DNA of 64,000 nucleotides from Eubacterium sp. CAG:248 (GTDB lineage: Bacteria > Bacillota > Clostridia > Lachnospirales > Lachnospiraceae): NCBI GenBank assembly GCA_000436475.1, contig FR886218.1, forward strand, positions 10,938-74,937. Direction: 5' to 3'. This document shows, one piece after another, positions 18,995 to 29,886 of the stretch (positions are counted from its first letter, which is position 1; each line of letters starts with the position of its first letter). Below the pieces are notes generated by a model, which did not search any database, had not been told where the DNA came from, and saw only the letters and a list, made by a program, of their open reading frames with translations. The translations under genes were made by a program, and so were the position numbers.

Positions 18995-20671
18995 ATGGAA
19001 ATAACTGATAAAATTAATTATGTTCTGGGAAAAACAGTAGTGTATATGTTGCTGATAATATATCCGTTTGTTATGCATAACAAGTTAAATGATGTTACGT
19101 TAACAAGGTTTTTCTTCTTTATTATTGTTTCATATGTAGGTTTTTTGGTTCTATGTATTAATTCATTGGCAAGTTTTATATTAAAAAGAGTTAGCGATAA
19201 GAAAAAATATGATGATGACAAGGCTGATTTTATTAATATTCAGGAAGGTGCGTATAATGCTGAAAGTCAGAGCATAAGTAAAGTGTATGACATAAAAGAT
19301 AAGATGAAAAATATGGATTTATGGAAAAAATTAATATTTTTATTTCTTTTTGTATGTATTATGTCATATTTGTTTTCTCCATATAAAAGTGTTGCATTTC
19401 TAGGACACGGAGGAAGATATACGGGACTTGTTTTTTATGGTGCATGTGTTTGTATGTATTATGTTGTTTCAACATGTTACAGATTTGAAAAAAGAGATAT
19501 TACATACGTATTATGTTCTACAATATTGGTTAATGTGTGGGCAGTGCTTAATTACGCGGGCATGGATCCATTCTACATATACAAGGATGTTCCAACTGCC
19601 ATGAAAACGGTGTACATATCTTCGCTTGGTAATATAGATATATATGGAATGTATGTTAATATGATGCTTGCACTTGCCATGTTTTCGTTTGTATATGAGG
19701 AAAGTACAGCAGGCAAGCTTTTTTATGGTATTTGTGCACTGCTAGGAATGATGGGCTCACTGGCATCAGACAGCGATATGGCAGTTGCAGGCATGTTTTT
19801 TGCATTTGTGATTCTTATATATTTTGCAATATCAGATTATAACAGATTAATAAGGTATTTTATGCTCGCTGTTGAATTGTTTATTGCAGGGCGTATACTG
19901 GGGGTTATATATATATTCAATCAGTTTAATACAAGGATTATAAAAAGTGTTGGCAGTATTATTGTTTACAAGAATGTATTTGTAGTGTTTCCAGTTGTAT
20001 GTTTCATAGCTATATTTATTATCCAGCTGCTTCACGACAAATATGATTTGTTCGCCAATAAAAAACTGATTGATAAAATAAAAAAAATATATGTAATCAT
20101 ATGTGTTGTATTTGCAGCAACTGCATGTCTGATGGTTATTATATGTACAGCTGTACAGAGAGGTCCGCTTGCTATTACTGATGACTGGGGCTCAGGACGT
20201 GGATACATATGGAAAAACTCGCTGGATGGATTTAAAAACCTTCCATTCATAAATAAAATATTCGGTGCAGGAGAGGCTTCTACAGCATGGGTTTTAAGTG
20301 ATTATTCTGCTGCTGCCAACAACATATTTAACAGAGGAAGAGTAGACAATGCTCACAATATATGGATTAATATGCTTATAACACTTGGTATTGCCGGTCT
20401 TATAGTATATGTTTTACTTCTTGTAGCAGCAATCAGCAATATAAAGAGGCACCTTAAAGGTTCAAGTGAAGCCTGCCATATGAACAAATCAAGATATATG
20501 CTTGCAGGTGCAGGTCTTGCTGTTATGGTATATTCAATCCAGGGAACGGCTGAAATGCTGGAGGTTATTACATTTCCAATATTTTTCTGTCTGTTAGCAA
20601 TGTTGAATTGCAGCACAAAAAATATAAACATAGAAAAACAGGAAGTTAATAAAAAAGAAACAGATATATAA
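18995..20671 (+). CDS. O-antigen ligase / Wzy_C-like polytopic membrane protein.
   Basis: About 12 transmembrane segments. Wzy_C-like motifs GRGYIWKNSLDGF...GAGEAS and NAHNIWINMLITLGIAGL. Start ATG 18995 (GGAGG RBS) or ATG 18980 per the ORF track. Confidence 0.55.
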   Translation: MEITDKINYVLGKTVVYMLLIIYPFVMHNKLNDVTLTRFFFFIIVSYVGFLVLCINSLASFILKRVSDKKKYDDDKADFINIQEGAYNAESQSISKVYDIKDKMKNMDLWKKLIFLFLFVCIMSYLFSPYKSVAFLGHGGRYTGLVFYGACVCMYYVVSTCYRFEKRDITYVLCSTILVNVWAVLNYAGMDPFYIYKDVPTAMKTVYISSLGNIDIYGMYVNMMLALAMFSFVYEESTAGKLFYGICALLGMMGSLASDSDMAVAGMFFAFVILIYFAISDYNRLIRYFMLAVELFIAGRILGVIYIFNQFNTRIIKSVGSIIVYKNVFVVFPVVCFIAIFIIQLLHDKYDLFANKKLIDKIKKIYVIICVVFAATACLMVIICTAVQRGPLAITDDWGSGRGYIWKNSLDGFKNLPFINKIFGAGEASTAWVLSDYSAAANNIFNRGRVDNAHNIWINMLITLGIAGLIVYVLLLVAAISNIKRHLKGSSEACHMNKSRYMLAGAGLAVMVYSIQGTAEMLEVITFPIFFCLLAMLNCSTKNINIEKQEVNKKETDI

Positions 20672-20715
20672 ATATCTGGCAGATTGGTATTTTGTAAGGA
20701 GAGTGTAAGGATATT

Positions 20716-22209
20716 ATGGCAAAATATATTATGGCTTTAGATCAGGGGACAACAAGTTCAAGATGTATTCTTTTTGATAAGGCTGGTAACATATGCAGTA
20801 TGGCGCAGAAAGAGTTTGAACAGATATATCCAAGACCAGGGTGGGTTGAACATAATCCTATGGAAATATGGTCCTCACAGTACGCAGTTATATCTGAAGC
20901 TATGGCATTACTTGGTGCTAAAGCAAAGGATATAGCTGGAATTGGAATAACTAATCAGAGAGAAACAACAATCGTATGGGATAAAGAAACAGGAGAACCT
21001 GTATATAATGCTATAGTATGGCAGTGCAGAAGGACAGCAAAGGATGTAAAAGCACTTATAAGAGATGGTTATGGTGAAGTCATAAAGGCAAAGACGGGAC
21101 TTGTTCCAGATGCGTACTTTAGCGCGACTAAGATAGCCTGGATCCTGAATAATGTAGAAGGTGCAAGGAAAAGAGCAGAAGAAGGCAAACTGCTTTTTGG
21201 TACGGTTGACACATGGCTTATATGGAAACTTACAGGTGGAGCCATACATGTAACAGATTATACCAATGCATCAAGAACAATGCTTTTTGATATACATAAG
21301 CTGTGCTGGGATAAAGAGCTTATTAATAAGCTTAATATACCTGAATCAATGCTTCCTGAGGTAAAACCATCAAGCTGTATATATGGATATACAGACAGTT
21401 CAGTCATAGCAGGTAGTATACCTATAGCTGGTGCAGCTGGTGACCAGCAGGCAGCACTTTTTGGACAGTGCTGTTTTGATGCTGGTGAAGTAAAGAATAC
21501 ATATGGAACAGGCTGTTTTCTTCTTATGAATACTGGAAAGGAACCGGTTATATCAGAACACGGACTTATAACAACTATTGCGGCTAGTACCAACGACTGC
21601 GTAAAGTATGCACTTGAAGGCAGTGTGTTTACAGGTGGAGCTGTTATACAGTGGCTTAGGGATGAAATGCGTATGATTAAGAATTCTTCGCAATCGGAGA
21701 ATTATGCAAGAATGGTTGAGGATACTAATGGTGTATATATAGTTCCGGCATTCTCAGGATTAGGTGCACCATACTGGAATCCATATGCGAGAGGCACAAT
21801 AGTAGGAGTTACAAGGGGAGCAGGCAAGGAACATTTTATTAGAGCATCATTAGAATCTATAGCTTACCAGACATATGATGTACTTAAAGCTATGGAAAGT
21901 GATACCGGACATGTTGTAAGTGAATTAAAGGTTGATGGAGGTGCAAGTGCTAACGATTTTCTTATGGAATTTCAGTCAGATATACTGGATGCATCTATCA
22001 GAAGACCAAGATGCATAGAAACAACAGCACTTGGAGCTGCTTATCTTGCGGGGTTATCAGTTGGCTTTTTTAAGAATGAAGATGAGATAAAAGATAACTG
22101 GCAGCTTGATACTACATTTGAAAGCAGCATATCACCTGCTAAAAGAGACAGCCTTCTTATGGGTTGGAGAAGAGCTGTTAAATGCGCTATTAATTATACA
22201 GAAGAATAA
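20716..22209 (+). CDS. glpK: Glycerol kinase.
   Basis: [16 protein letters not shown]... FGGY-family motifs, 497 aa. Confidence 0.93.
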   Translation: MAKYIMALDQGTTSSRCILFDKAGNICSMAQKEFEQIYPRPGWVEHNPMEIWSSQYAVISEAMALLGAKAKDIAGIGITNQRETTIVWDKETGEPVYNAIVWQCRRTAKDVKALIRDGYGEVIKAKTGLVPDAYFSATKIAWILNNVEGARKRAEEGKLLFGTVDTWLIWKLTGGAIHVTDYTNASRTMLFDIHKLCWDKELINKLNIPESMLPEVKPSSCIYGYTDSSVIAGSIPIAGAAGDQQAALFGQCCFDAGEVKNTYGTGCFLLMNTGKEPVISEHGLITTIAASTNDCVKYALEGSVFTGGAVIQWLRDEMRMIKNSSQSENYARMVEDTNGVYIVPAFSGLGAPYWNPYARGTIVGVTRGAGKEHFIRASLESIAYQTYDVLKAMESDTGHVVSELKVDGGASANDFLMEFQSDILDASIRRPRCIETTALGAAYLAGLSVGFFKNEDEIKDNWQLDTTFESSISPAKRDSLLMGWRRAVKCAINYTEE

Positions 22210-22287
22210 AAACATATTATACAGATGTATAGATGTCGTGGTCAAAAGCCCCCGACATAAATATTTATGATATTGGAGGAAACTTGA

Positions 22288-23244
22288 TTGGATAATAATG
22301 TAGGGAAGGCAGCTAAAGTTATAGAACAGGTTAATAAAGTTATACTTGGAAAAGACAGGAAGGTCAAGGAGATTATGACAGCATTTCTTGCTGGTGGACA
22401 TATACTTCTTGAGGATATACCAGGAGTCGGTAAAACAACTCTAGCAACTGCATTTTCAAAAGCTATGAAGCTGGACTGTAAAAGAGTTCAGTTCACACCT
22501 GATGTTATGCCATCAGATCTTACGGGATATTCTGTATACAGAAGTGATCTTGGACAGTTCGTATATCAGCCAGGCAGTGTATTCTGTAACCTGCTGCTTG
22601 CTGATGAGATAAACAGAACATCACCCAAAACACAGTCAGCCCTCCTTGAGGTCATGGAGGAAAGAAAGGTATCAGTTGAGGGAATAACAAGAGATGTTCC
22701 TGATCCTTTTATAGTAATAGCAACGCAGAATCCATATGGCAATGCAGGTACGCAGAGTCTTCCAGAGGCACAGATGGACAGGTTTATGATAACGATGTCT
22801 ATAGGATATCCTGATTTTGAAAGTGAGATGGATATGGCAATGTCGGTTGGAAAAATAGGACGGACAGATATGGTAGAGCCGGTTATAACAGCAGAAGATG
22901 TTAGGGAAATGCAGGAAGAGATATATGAGGTATATATGAATAAAAGCATATATAAGTACATAGTTGAGCTTGTTAAAGCAACCAGGGAATCTGAATATAT
23001 AGAAAGAGGTGCAAGCCCAAGAGCAACAATTGCACTCGTAAAAATGTCAAAGGCTTGGGCATGGCTTAATGGAAGAGATTATGTTATTCCTTCTGATGTA
23101 GGTACACAGTTTGAGTATGTGATTTCACACAGAATAGTACCTGATATGTCAGCACGTATGGAAAAGTTGTCAAAATCAGACATAATAAATAATATTGTAA
23201 AGTCTGTAAAAAGGCCGGTTGTTGGAGAAAAGAGCGTAAACTGA
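22288..23244 (+). CDS. MoxR-family AAA+ ATPase.
   Basis: Walker A GVGKTT, MoxR N-terminal motif. TTG start 22288, 7 nt after a GGAGGA RBS. Confidence 0.85.
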   Translation: MDNNVGKAAKVIEQVNKVILGKDRKVKEIMTAFLAGGHILLEDIPGVGKTTLATAFSKAMKLDCKRVQFTPDVMPSDLTGYSVYRSDLGQFVYQPGSVFCNLLLADEINRTSPKTQSALLEVMEERKVSVEGITRDVPDPFIVIATQNPYGNAGTQSLPEAQMDRFMITMSIGYPDFESEMDMAMSVGKIGRTDMVEPVITAEDVREMQEEIYEVYMNKSIYKYIVELVKATRESEYIERGASPRATIALVKMSKAWAWLNGRDYVIPSDVGTQFEYVISHRIVPDMSARMEKLSKSDIINNIVKSVKRPVVGEKSVN

Positions 23245-23256
23245 GGATGAAAGAAT

Positions 23257-24309
23257 ATGATGTCTAAAGTATTATTAATCTTTTTTGTTGTTATTTCGTG
23301 GTATGTTGCAGGAATGGTCCATTCATTTGCATTGATGTTATATGCAGTATGCCTTACTTTTTTTATGCTTGCTATGCATTTTGTTACAAGTATATATAAA
23401 AAAAGAGTGTCATTTGCTTTTGCTTCTGATTATGCAAGTGCGGTTGAAGGCAGAGATTATCTTGTAAGGGTTAATATAAATAATAATCATGGCCTGCCAG
23501 TAAGTAAAATCAGACTTGATATTGAAGTGTCATATGGTTTTAATGGAAATAAAACAAAATATATGCTTACAAAGAAAATATATGGGAGCTGTCATAAGAA
23601 AAAAGATTCTATAAAGTTTACAATAAGGATGCCTTATGCAGGACCGGCATGTGTATATATTAAGCGTGTATATTTTTATGATTATACAGGCGTGTTCAGA
23701 AGAAAGGCTGTAACTGACAGTCATATGAATATAGCTGTGCTGCCGTATATTGAGGATGGCAGTATTTATATGGAATATGCTGCATCTGCAGCTGAGGCTT
23801 CCCAGGATTTATATGTTAACAGAAGTGGAAATTCAGTTGATGATATAAGACAGATAAGAGAATATCAGACAGGCGATTCCTACAGGCATATACACTGGAA
23901 TCTAAGTGCTAAAACAGGGAGCCTTCTTGTTAAAGAATTCTCGCAGGAGACAGATATAGAAGTCAATGTGTTTGCAAAGGTGTTTATAGATGATTTACAT
24001 GATTATAAGAAAATGGGAGATTTTTATGACAAGCTTGCCAATGAGACAATGTGGCTTATTAACGATAAAAGTATAATTAATCTTTTGTGGTATGATTATG
24101 AATATGATACGTTTATTAAACATCGTGTGAATAACAGAAAGGATTGCGAAGATGTGCTGTATGCTCTTTTTCTGTATCACGAAAAATGCAGGGTTAATAA
24201 TAAAAAAACAGGCATGAATAAAGAGCTTCCATCTGCATATAAAGAAGGAAATATAGTTGTGGTAGATACTAGTCTTAATGTGAGTGTTAATGGCAGTATA
24301 AAAGTATAA
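23257..24309 (+). CDS. DUF58-domain protein (MoxR partner, vWA-like).
   Basis: Two N-terminal transmembrane segments. DUF58 core motif REYQTGDSYRHIHWNLSAKTG. Confidence 0.75.
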   Translation: MMSKVLLIFFVVISWYVAGMVHSFALMLYAVCLTFFMLAMHFVTSIYKKRVSFAFASDYASAVEGRDYLVRVNINNNHGLPVSKIRLDIEVSYGFNGNKTKYMLTKKIYGSCHKKKDSIKFTIRMPYAGPACVYIKRVYFYDYTGVFRRKAVTDSHMNIAVLPYIEDGSIYMEYAASAAEASQDLYVNRSGNSVDDIRQIREYQTGDSYRHIHWNLSAKTGSLLVKEFSQETDIEVNVFAKVFIDDLHDYKKMGDFYDKLANETMWLINDKSIINLLWYDYEYDTFIKHRVNNRKDCEDVLYALFLYHEKCRVNNKKTGMNKELPSAYKEGNIVVVDTSLNVSVNGSIKV

Positions 24310-24332
24310 GTTATAGCGGAATGGAGAACAGT

Positions 24333-26672
24333 ATGAAAACAGATATCAGTATAACGGTCAAACGGACAGAAGATAGTGGCTACAGAGGAAACATGTATCT
24401 TGGTTTTGCTGCGCTTTTTTGTGGCGTTCTTTCTGTTCTTCTGTTTATAAGTGGATTTAATGCTATAGGATATACGGGGGAACTTGTGTATCTGTCTGCG
24501 TTTTTGTTATCTTTTATATTCTGTTATGTGTATTACAATAAACCACAATTGTCAGTTGTATTATGCGTAATGATTTTTATAGGTATATTTATTGCGGTAA
24601 TAACTGGACTGGATGATTTGCAGCTACAGGCATATTCAGTATTTACGGCTTTCAGTGAGGGGAGAGCGGCTGTCAGGAATATAACTAAGCTTATGTGTGT
24701 GTTTACACCATTGCTAGTTGGTGTGTTTTATCTTTTTGAGATAGTTTTTAAGGTGCATTTTGTTTTGTCATTTGTTATGGTTTCTTTTTTACTGGCTTCA
24801 CCTTTTCTTAAAATATCCATATCGGTCTTTAACATTTTTATTATGCTTGTATACCAGATTTTGTTTTATCTGATGAATAATCTGGATAAAAAGAAAAGAA
24901 AAACTCTGTATTCATCACATACAGTAAACAGCAGAAAAAACATTATGGGAAAATGTACAGTCATGTGTGCTGCACTGTTTTTTGCATCATTTGTTCTATC
25001 AGCTGTTATTATGAATACAATATCTGAGCCAGTATATAATTCAGTAAGCGGAATAGAAGAGGTGGTTTATAAGGTATCAAGTATAGCCAGTAACAGAGCC
25101 TCTGATATCAGCATGAATGGAGGTATAAGTACAGGAAACAATTATCAGACTGGGGCAGAACAGATTAACCTTACAACACAAAGAAAGCCGGAAGAGGATG
25201 TATATCTTATAGGTTACAGAGGTGGAGAGTATACAGGTAATAACTGGAATAAGGCTGATGATGTACAGATATGTAATGAACTGGATAAGAAAAAGGGAAA
25301 TACATATGCCAGATATAGCTCAATATATAGTACATCTGAGGTATTTGGAAACCTGTATTATCTTGGCAATTATATTATGAAAAGTAATGGACTGGCTGTT
25401 TCAAAGGATAAAGACAGGAGACTTCAGCTTGATATAGCTTATACAAGTGACAAAAATAATATAATGCTGGAGCCATATTGCAGTAACCTATATCTGGCAC
25501 AGAAAAACTCTTATGATGAGTATAGTGTTATGTATTATGAACAAAAGGATATGGTTTCTTTATGGGATTCAGATAATATAACTGATTTAACGAAGAAATC
25601 AAGGATGGATGATTACATAAATGTGCAGTCTAATTATAAAACTGCAATGAAATCTTACTATACGCAGTATTCAGATGATATTACGCCACAGCTGGCTTCG
25701 TATGTTAAGGATAATCCCCTTTCATCACTTGAAGAAAAAACAACATTTATATTATATACACTTATGAGTAATACAAGCTACACAAGGACTCCTGGGATTA
25801 TGCTTGGAAATACTGATGTGGCAGATAAGTTTCTTTTTGAGTCTAAAAAAGGATATTGTGTCCATTATGCAACAGCTGCAACACTTATGTACCGTATGTA
25901 CGGAATTCCTGCAAGGTATGTAACAGGGTTTAAGGTGTCTGCTGACAGTTTTAAAGAAAATGCTGATGGGCAGTGGAGTACAGCAGTTACAGATTCAGCA
26001 CAGCATGCGTGGACAGAAATTTTTATAGATAATTATGGATGGGTACCGGTTGATGTTACGCCAGCAGCAGATGGAACTATGAGGGTTTCTTATCCTGGAT
26101 ATAATATGGAAATATTTAACCAGATAATGCAGCAGAATAACTGGACAGCTGATATGCCAAGTATAAATGATATATCAAAGGAAAAAACAGAATATGTAAG
26201 AACGTGGCAGGGTGCTGTTAAAGCAGCTATAAAGAGGTTTTTAAGGCTTGCATGGAGAATACTTAAAATACTGTTGCTGTTCATAGCTGTAATTGGAGCA
26301 GCATCTTCGCCTTTATGGTTAAGATTAAGAAGAAATATAATACTTAAAAGACAGAACAAGAAAAAAGCAGTTTCAATATATAAAAGACTGATGTGTATGC
26401 TCCATACGACAGGCTATGTGACAGAGTATGATGGCACGGAGGAGAACTTTGCTGATGTGCTTGCAGCAGAATTTGCAGAGGATTATAAAGAGGATGTGAC
26501 TGATATAAAAAGGGCAGTAGATGTATCAGTGCAATCGGAGTTTTCTTTGCATAGAGCAGATACTTCTGATATGCAATGCGTTCTTAATGTATACAATAAG
26601 ATATCAGATATTATATATAACAGGCTTAGATGGTGGGAGAAAATAGTATTTAGATATGTATATTGTTTTTAG
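24333..26672 (+). CDS. Transglutaminase-like domain membrane protein (TgpA-like).
   Basis: Polytopic N-terminus. Transglutaminase Cys-His-Asp core (GYCVHYATAA...AWTEIF...WVPVDVTP). C-terminal transmembrane segment. ATG 24333 after a GGAGAA RBS. Confidence 0.75.
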   Translation: MKTDISITVKRTEDSGYRGNMYLGFAALFCGVLSVLLFISGFNAIGYTGELVYLSAFLLSFIFCYVYYNKPQLSVVLCVMIFIGIFIAVITGLDDLQLQAYSVFTAFSEGRAAVRNITKLMCVFTPLLVGVFYLFEIVFKVHFVLSFVMVSFLLASPFLKISISVFNIFIMLVYQILFYLMNNLDKKKRKTLYSSHTVNSRKNIMGKCTVMCAALFFASFVLSAVIMNTISEPVYNSVSGIEEVVYKVSSIASNRASDISMNGGISTGNNYQTGAEQINLTTQRKPEEDVYLIGYRGGEYTGNNWNKADDVQICNELDKKKGNTYARYSSIYSTSEVFGNLYYLGNYIMKSNGLAVSKDKDRRLQLDIAYTSDKNNIMLEPYCSNLYLAQKNSYDEYSVMYYEQKDMVSLWDSDNITDLTKKSRMDDYINVQSNYKTAMKSYYTQYSDDITPQLASYVKDNPLSSLEEKTTFILYTLMSNTSYTRTPGIMLGNTDVADKFLFESKKGYCVHYATAATLMYRMYGIPARYVTGFKVSADSFKENADGQWSTAVTDSAQHAWTEIFIDNYGWVPVDVTPAADGTMRVSYPGYNMEIFNQIMQQNNWTADMPSINDISKEKTEYVRTWQGAVKAAIKRFLRLAWRILKILLLFIAVIGAASSPLWLRLRRNIILKRQNKKKAVSIYKRLMCMLHTTGYVTEYDGTEENFADVLAAEFAEDYKEDVTDIKRAVDVSVQSEFSLHRADTSDMQCVLNVYNKISDIIYNRLRWWEKIVFRYVYCF

Positions 26673-26742
26673 ACTTGACTATTCTTAATATTTATACTAT
26701 TCTAATGAAAAATTGAAATATATTTCATTGGAGGTAATATAT

Positions 26743-27666
26743 ATGCAATTGGCAATGATAACAATACAGCAGGTTTTGGTTTTGTTTGTATTAATATTTG
26801 CGGGTTTTATATGTGTGAAGGCAGGTGCGGTAAAAAGAGAAGGCAAGAAGGCATTTTCTGATCTGCTTGTTTATTTTGTTGTACCATGTATGATTATTAA
26901 TTCATACCTGACAGATTTTGATTCTGATATATTCAGGAATATATTGTATGCACTTTGGCTGAGTGTACTTCTTATAGCTATAGGTATAGCTGTTACTTTT
27001 ATATTATCGATGCGTATTAAAGATGATAATCTTCCGGTTGTAAGATTCGGATGTATGTTTTCTAATGCGGCTTATATGGGTTTTCCGTTGATTCAGGCTT
27101 TGTTTGGCAGTGAAGGGCTTATATATGCAAGTGCATTTGTTACAGTGTTTAATATATTGTTATGGACACTTGGATATTCAGTTGTAAGCCGGACAATCAG
27201 CTGGAAGATGGTTGTAAAAAAGATATTTACGACTCCGGCGACACTTGCTGTTTTTGCCGGAATCATAATATTTGTTTTAAGAATTCCAATGCCATCAGTG
27301 CTTCATCAGGCCATAAGTGCAGCAGGTGCAGTTAACACTCCGTTATCAATGTTTATAACGGGCATGATTATTGCAGCAAGTGATATTAAGAAAATGTTTG
27401 TAAATAAACTTGTGTATTTTTCAATAATTGTAAGGATGATAATTATTCCTGCAATATGTATTGCGGTTTTTGAGTTGTTAAATATTCATGGAATGGTTGC
27501 CAATATTGTAATCATACTTGAGGCGTGTCCTTGTGCGGCTATCACATCTGTTTTTGCTGTACAGTTTAACTATGATGATGATGTAGCAGCAGCTTCAGTT
27601 GTTTTAACAACGCTTGTTAGTATAGTAACACTTCCTATAGTGGCGTTTATTATAACAACTTTATAA
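26743..27666 (+). CDS. AEC-family (auxin efflux carrier / malate permease-like) transporter.
   Basis: 10-transmembrane profile with AEC repeats. ATG 26743 after a GGAGG RBS; the ORF track begins at 26713. Confidence 0.7.
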   Translation: MQLAMITIQQVLVLFVLIFAGFICVKAGAVKREGKKAFSDLLVYFVVPCMIINSYLTDFDSDIFRNILYALWLSVLLIAIGIAVTFILSMRIKDDNLPVVRFGCMFSNAAYMGFPLIQALFGSEGLIYASAFVTVFNILLWTLGYSVVSRTISWKMVVKKIFTTPATLAVFAGIIIFVLRIPMPSVLHQAISAAGAVNTPLSMFITGMIIAASDIKKMFVNKLVYFSIIVRMIIIPAICIAVFELLNIHGMVANIVIILEACPCAAITSVFAVQFNYDDDVAAASVVLTTLVSIVTLPIVAFIITTL

Positions 27667-27687
27667 CAATTAATTGTTTTTTAATAT

Positions 27688-27730
27688 AATGCCAGTAATT
27701 GTGAGGTTATTGGCATTTATTTTTTTTGTT
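27688..27730 (+). terminator. Intrinsic terminator: 11-bp stem aatgccagtaa/ttattggcatt (one G.U), then T10.
   Basis: Inverted repeat 27688-27698 / 27707-27717 followed by tatttttttttg. Confidence 0.7.
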
Positions 27731-27813
27731 TTTTATGTTATTATGATGTACGTGTCAAAAAGTCACAAAGCGGTTGTGATTGGATAAATGAACATTTTAG
27801 GACGGAGAAATAT

Positions 27814-29145
27814 ATGAAAATTTTATTTGTTTCGCTTGGCTGTGATAAGAATCTGGTTGATACAGAGAATATGCTTGGAATATTAAAAAATAAAGGCTTC
27901 GAGTTTACAGATGATGAATGGGATGCAGATATAATAGCTGTCAATACCTGTTGCTTCATAGGAGATGCCAAGCAGGAAAGTATTAATACGATATTAGAGA
28001 TGGCAGAGCATAAGAAGGATGCAAAGTGTAAAGTGCTTGTAGTAGCAGGCTGCCTTGCACATAGGTATCAGGATGAGATTATAAAAGAAATTCCAGAGGT
28101 TGATGCATTTGTCGGCACATCTTCATATGATAAGATAGCTGATATGATTACTTCTGTTCTTGAGGAAAAGGGTATAACTAATTTTGTAGAGGATGCAGAC
28201 AGAATGCCGATGGTTAAAGAGGACAGAATAGTTACAACACCAGGTTATTATGAATACTTAAAGATAGCTGAGGGCTGTGATAAGAGATGTACATATTGTA
28301 TAATACCAAATGTAAGAGGAAGCTACAGAAGCTTTCCGGTTGAATATCTTGTTGGTCAGGCAGAAAAGCTTGTTGAGGGCGGAGTAAGAGAACTTATTTT
28401 GGTTGCTCAGGAGACAACTCTTTATGGAGTTGATCTGTATGGAAAGAAATCACTACCTATGCTTCTGCATGAGTTATCTAAAATAAAAGATTTAAAATGG
28501 ATAAGAATTCTTTACTGTTATCCTGAGGAGATTGATGATGAGCTTATAGAAGCTATCAAGAATGAACCAAAGGTATGTCATTATCTTGATATGCCTATAC
28601 AGCATGCAAGTGATAATGTCCTGAAACGAATGGGCAGAAGAACTAATAAGAAGGAACTTATAGACATAACAGCAAGGTTAAGACGTGAGATTCCGGATAT
28701 TGCTTTAAGGACAACACTCATTACAGGCTTTCCAGGTGAAACTTATGAAGAACATCAGGAAGTAATGGAGTTTATTGACGAATGTGAATTTGACAGGCTT
28801 GGAGTATTTACGTATTCAAGGGAAGAGGATACTCCGGCAGCATCAATGCCTGATCAGATAGATGAGGCTGTGAAAGAAAAATACAGAGATGAGATAATGC
28901 AGCTTCAGCAGGAAATATCAGCTGACAGATCAGCTGACATGGTTGGAAGTATACTTGAGGTTATGATAGAAGGATACATTGCTGAAGATAATACTTATGT
29001 TGGACGTTCATATAAGGATGCACCTAATGTTGATGGACTTGTTTTTGTGGAATGTGACAGGGAACTGATGTCAGGTGATTTTGTTAATGTACTTATTACA
29101 GGCTCAACGGAGTATGATCTTATAGGAGAAATAGTCGAAGAATAA
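27814..29145 (+). CDS. rimO: Ribosomal protein S12 methylthiotransferase RimO.
   Basis: MTTase N-terminal domain (KILFVSLGCDKN), radical-SAM CxxxCxxC (CTYCIIPNVRG), C-terminal TRAM domain. Confidence 0.9.
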   Translation: MKILFVSLGCDKNLVDTENMLGILKNKGFEFTDDEWDADIIAVNTCCFIGDAKQESINTILEMAEHKKDAKCKVLVVAGCLAHRYQDEIIKEIPEVDAFVGTSSYDKIADMITSVLEEKGITNFVEDADRMPMVKEDRIVTTPGYYEYLKIAEGCDKRCTYCIIPNVRGSYRSFPVEYLVGQAEKLVEGGVRELILVAQETTLYGVDLYGKKSLPMLLHELSKIKDLKWIRILYCYPEEIDDELIEAIKNEPKVCHYLDMPIQHASDNVLKRMGRRTNKKELIDITARLRREIPDIALRTTLITGFPGETYEEHQEVMEFIDECEFDRLGVFTYSREEDTPAASMPDQIDEAVKEKYRDEIMQLQQEISADRSADMVGSILEVMIEGYIAEDNTYVGRSYKDAPNVDGLVFVECDRELMSGDFVNVLITGSTEYDLIGEIVEE

Positions 29146-29178
29146 ATTATTATCTGAAAGTAAAGGGAGGACAAGAAG

Positions 29179-29727
29179 TTGAATTTACCTAATAAATTAA
29201 CAATACTTAGAACAATTATGATTCCGGTATTTCTTATATTTCTTTATATACCAGGACTTGGTATGACAGGAGATGTTTTGGCAGCTGCAATATTCGTGTT
29301 AGCAAGTTTTACTGACTTACTAGATGGGAAAATAGCAAGAAAATATAATCTGGTTACCAATTTTGGTAAGTTTATGGATCCGCTTGCTGATAAGCTTTTA
29401 GTATGTTCAGCACTTATTGCACTCGTGGATCTTAACAGAATTCCTGCATGGGTTGTAATTATAATAATTGCAAGAGAATTTATTATAAGCGGCTTCAGAC
29501 TTATAGCATCAGACAATGGTGTTGTTATAGCTGCAAGCTACTGGGGAAAGTTTAAGACAACTTTCCAGATGATAATGATTATACTTCTTATTCTTAATAT
29601 TGATTATCCATACAGCAATATTATTAATATGGTTATCATGTATATAGCCCTTGCACTTACGATTATTTCGCTTCTTGATTATATAATCAAGAATTATAAA
29701 GTATTTATAGATGGTTCTAATAAATAG
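29179..29727 (+). CDS. pgsA: CDP-diacylglycerol--glycerol-3-phosphate 3-phosphatidyltransferase.
   Basis: CDP-alcohol phosphatidyltransferase motif D..DG...AR......G...D...D. TTG start 8 nt after an AGGGAGG RBS. Conserved pgsA-cinA-recA order. Confidence 0.88.
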   Translation: MNLPNKLTILRTIMIPVFLIFLYIPGLGMTGDVLAAAIFVLASFTDLLDGKIARKYNLVTNFGKFMDPLADKLLVCSALIALVDLNRIPAWVVIIIIAREFIISGFRLIASDNGVVIAASYWGKFKTTFQMIMIILLILNIDYPYSNIINMVIMYIALALTIISLLDYIIKNYKVFIDGSNK

Positions 29728-29757
29728 TCATACTAATGATGTAAATAGTCTGGATAT

Positions 29758-29795
29758 AAAAGCCATTTCTGTTATCAGGAATGGCTTTTATCTTC
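29758..29795 (+). terminator. Intrinsic terminator: 10-bp stem aaaagccatt/aatggctttt.
   Basis: Inverted repeat 29758-29767 / 29780-29789 followed by atctt. Confidence 0.5.
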
Positions 29796-29886
29796 GTGCG
29801 GGTTAGATATTCAGATCATAGTATCTTATGTTATTGTGTTACATATTTAATGGCTGCAACACAGTAAGAATGGAGGTTTTATATTT

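Noticed and set aside
22228-22262. GGTCAAAAG...CCCCGAYAT motif shared between the hairpin after glpK and the element at 7948-8024, suggesting a dispersed repeat family.
   Set aside because: Only a 9-mer plus a loose flank is shared. One or two chance occurrences of a given 9-mer are expected in 128 kb of two-strand sequence. It would need genome-wide counting.
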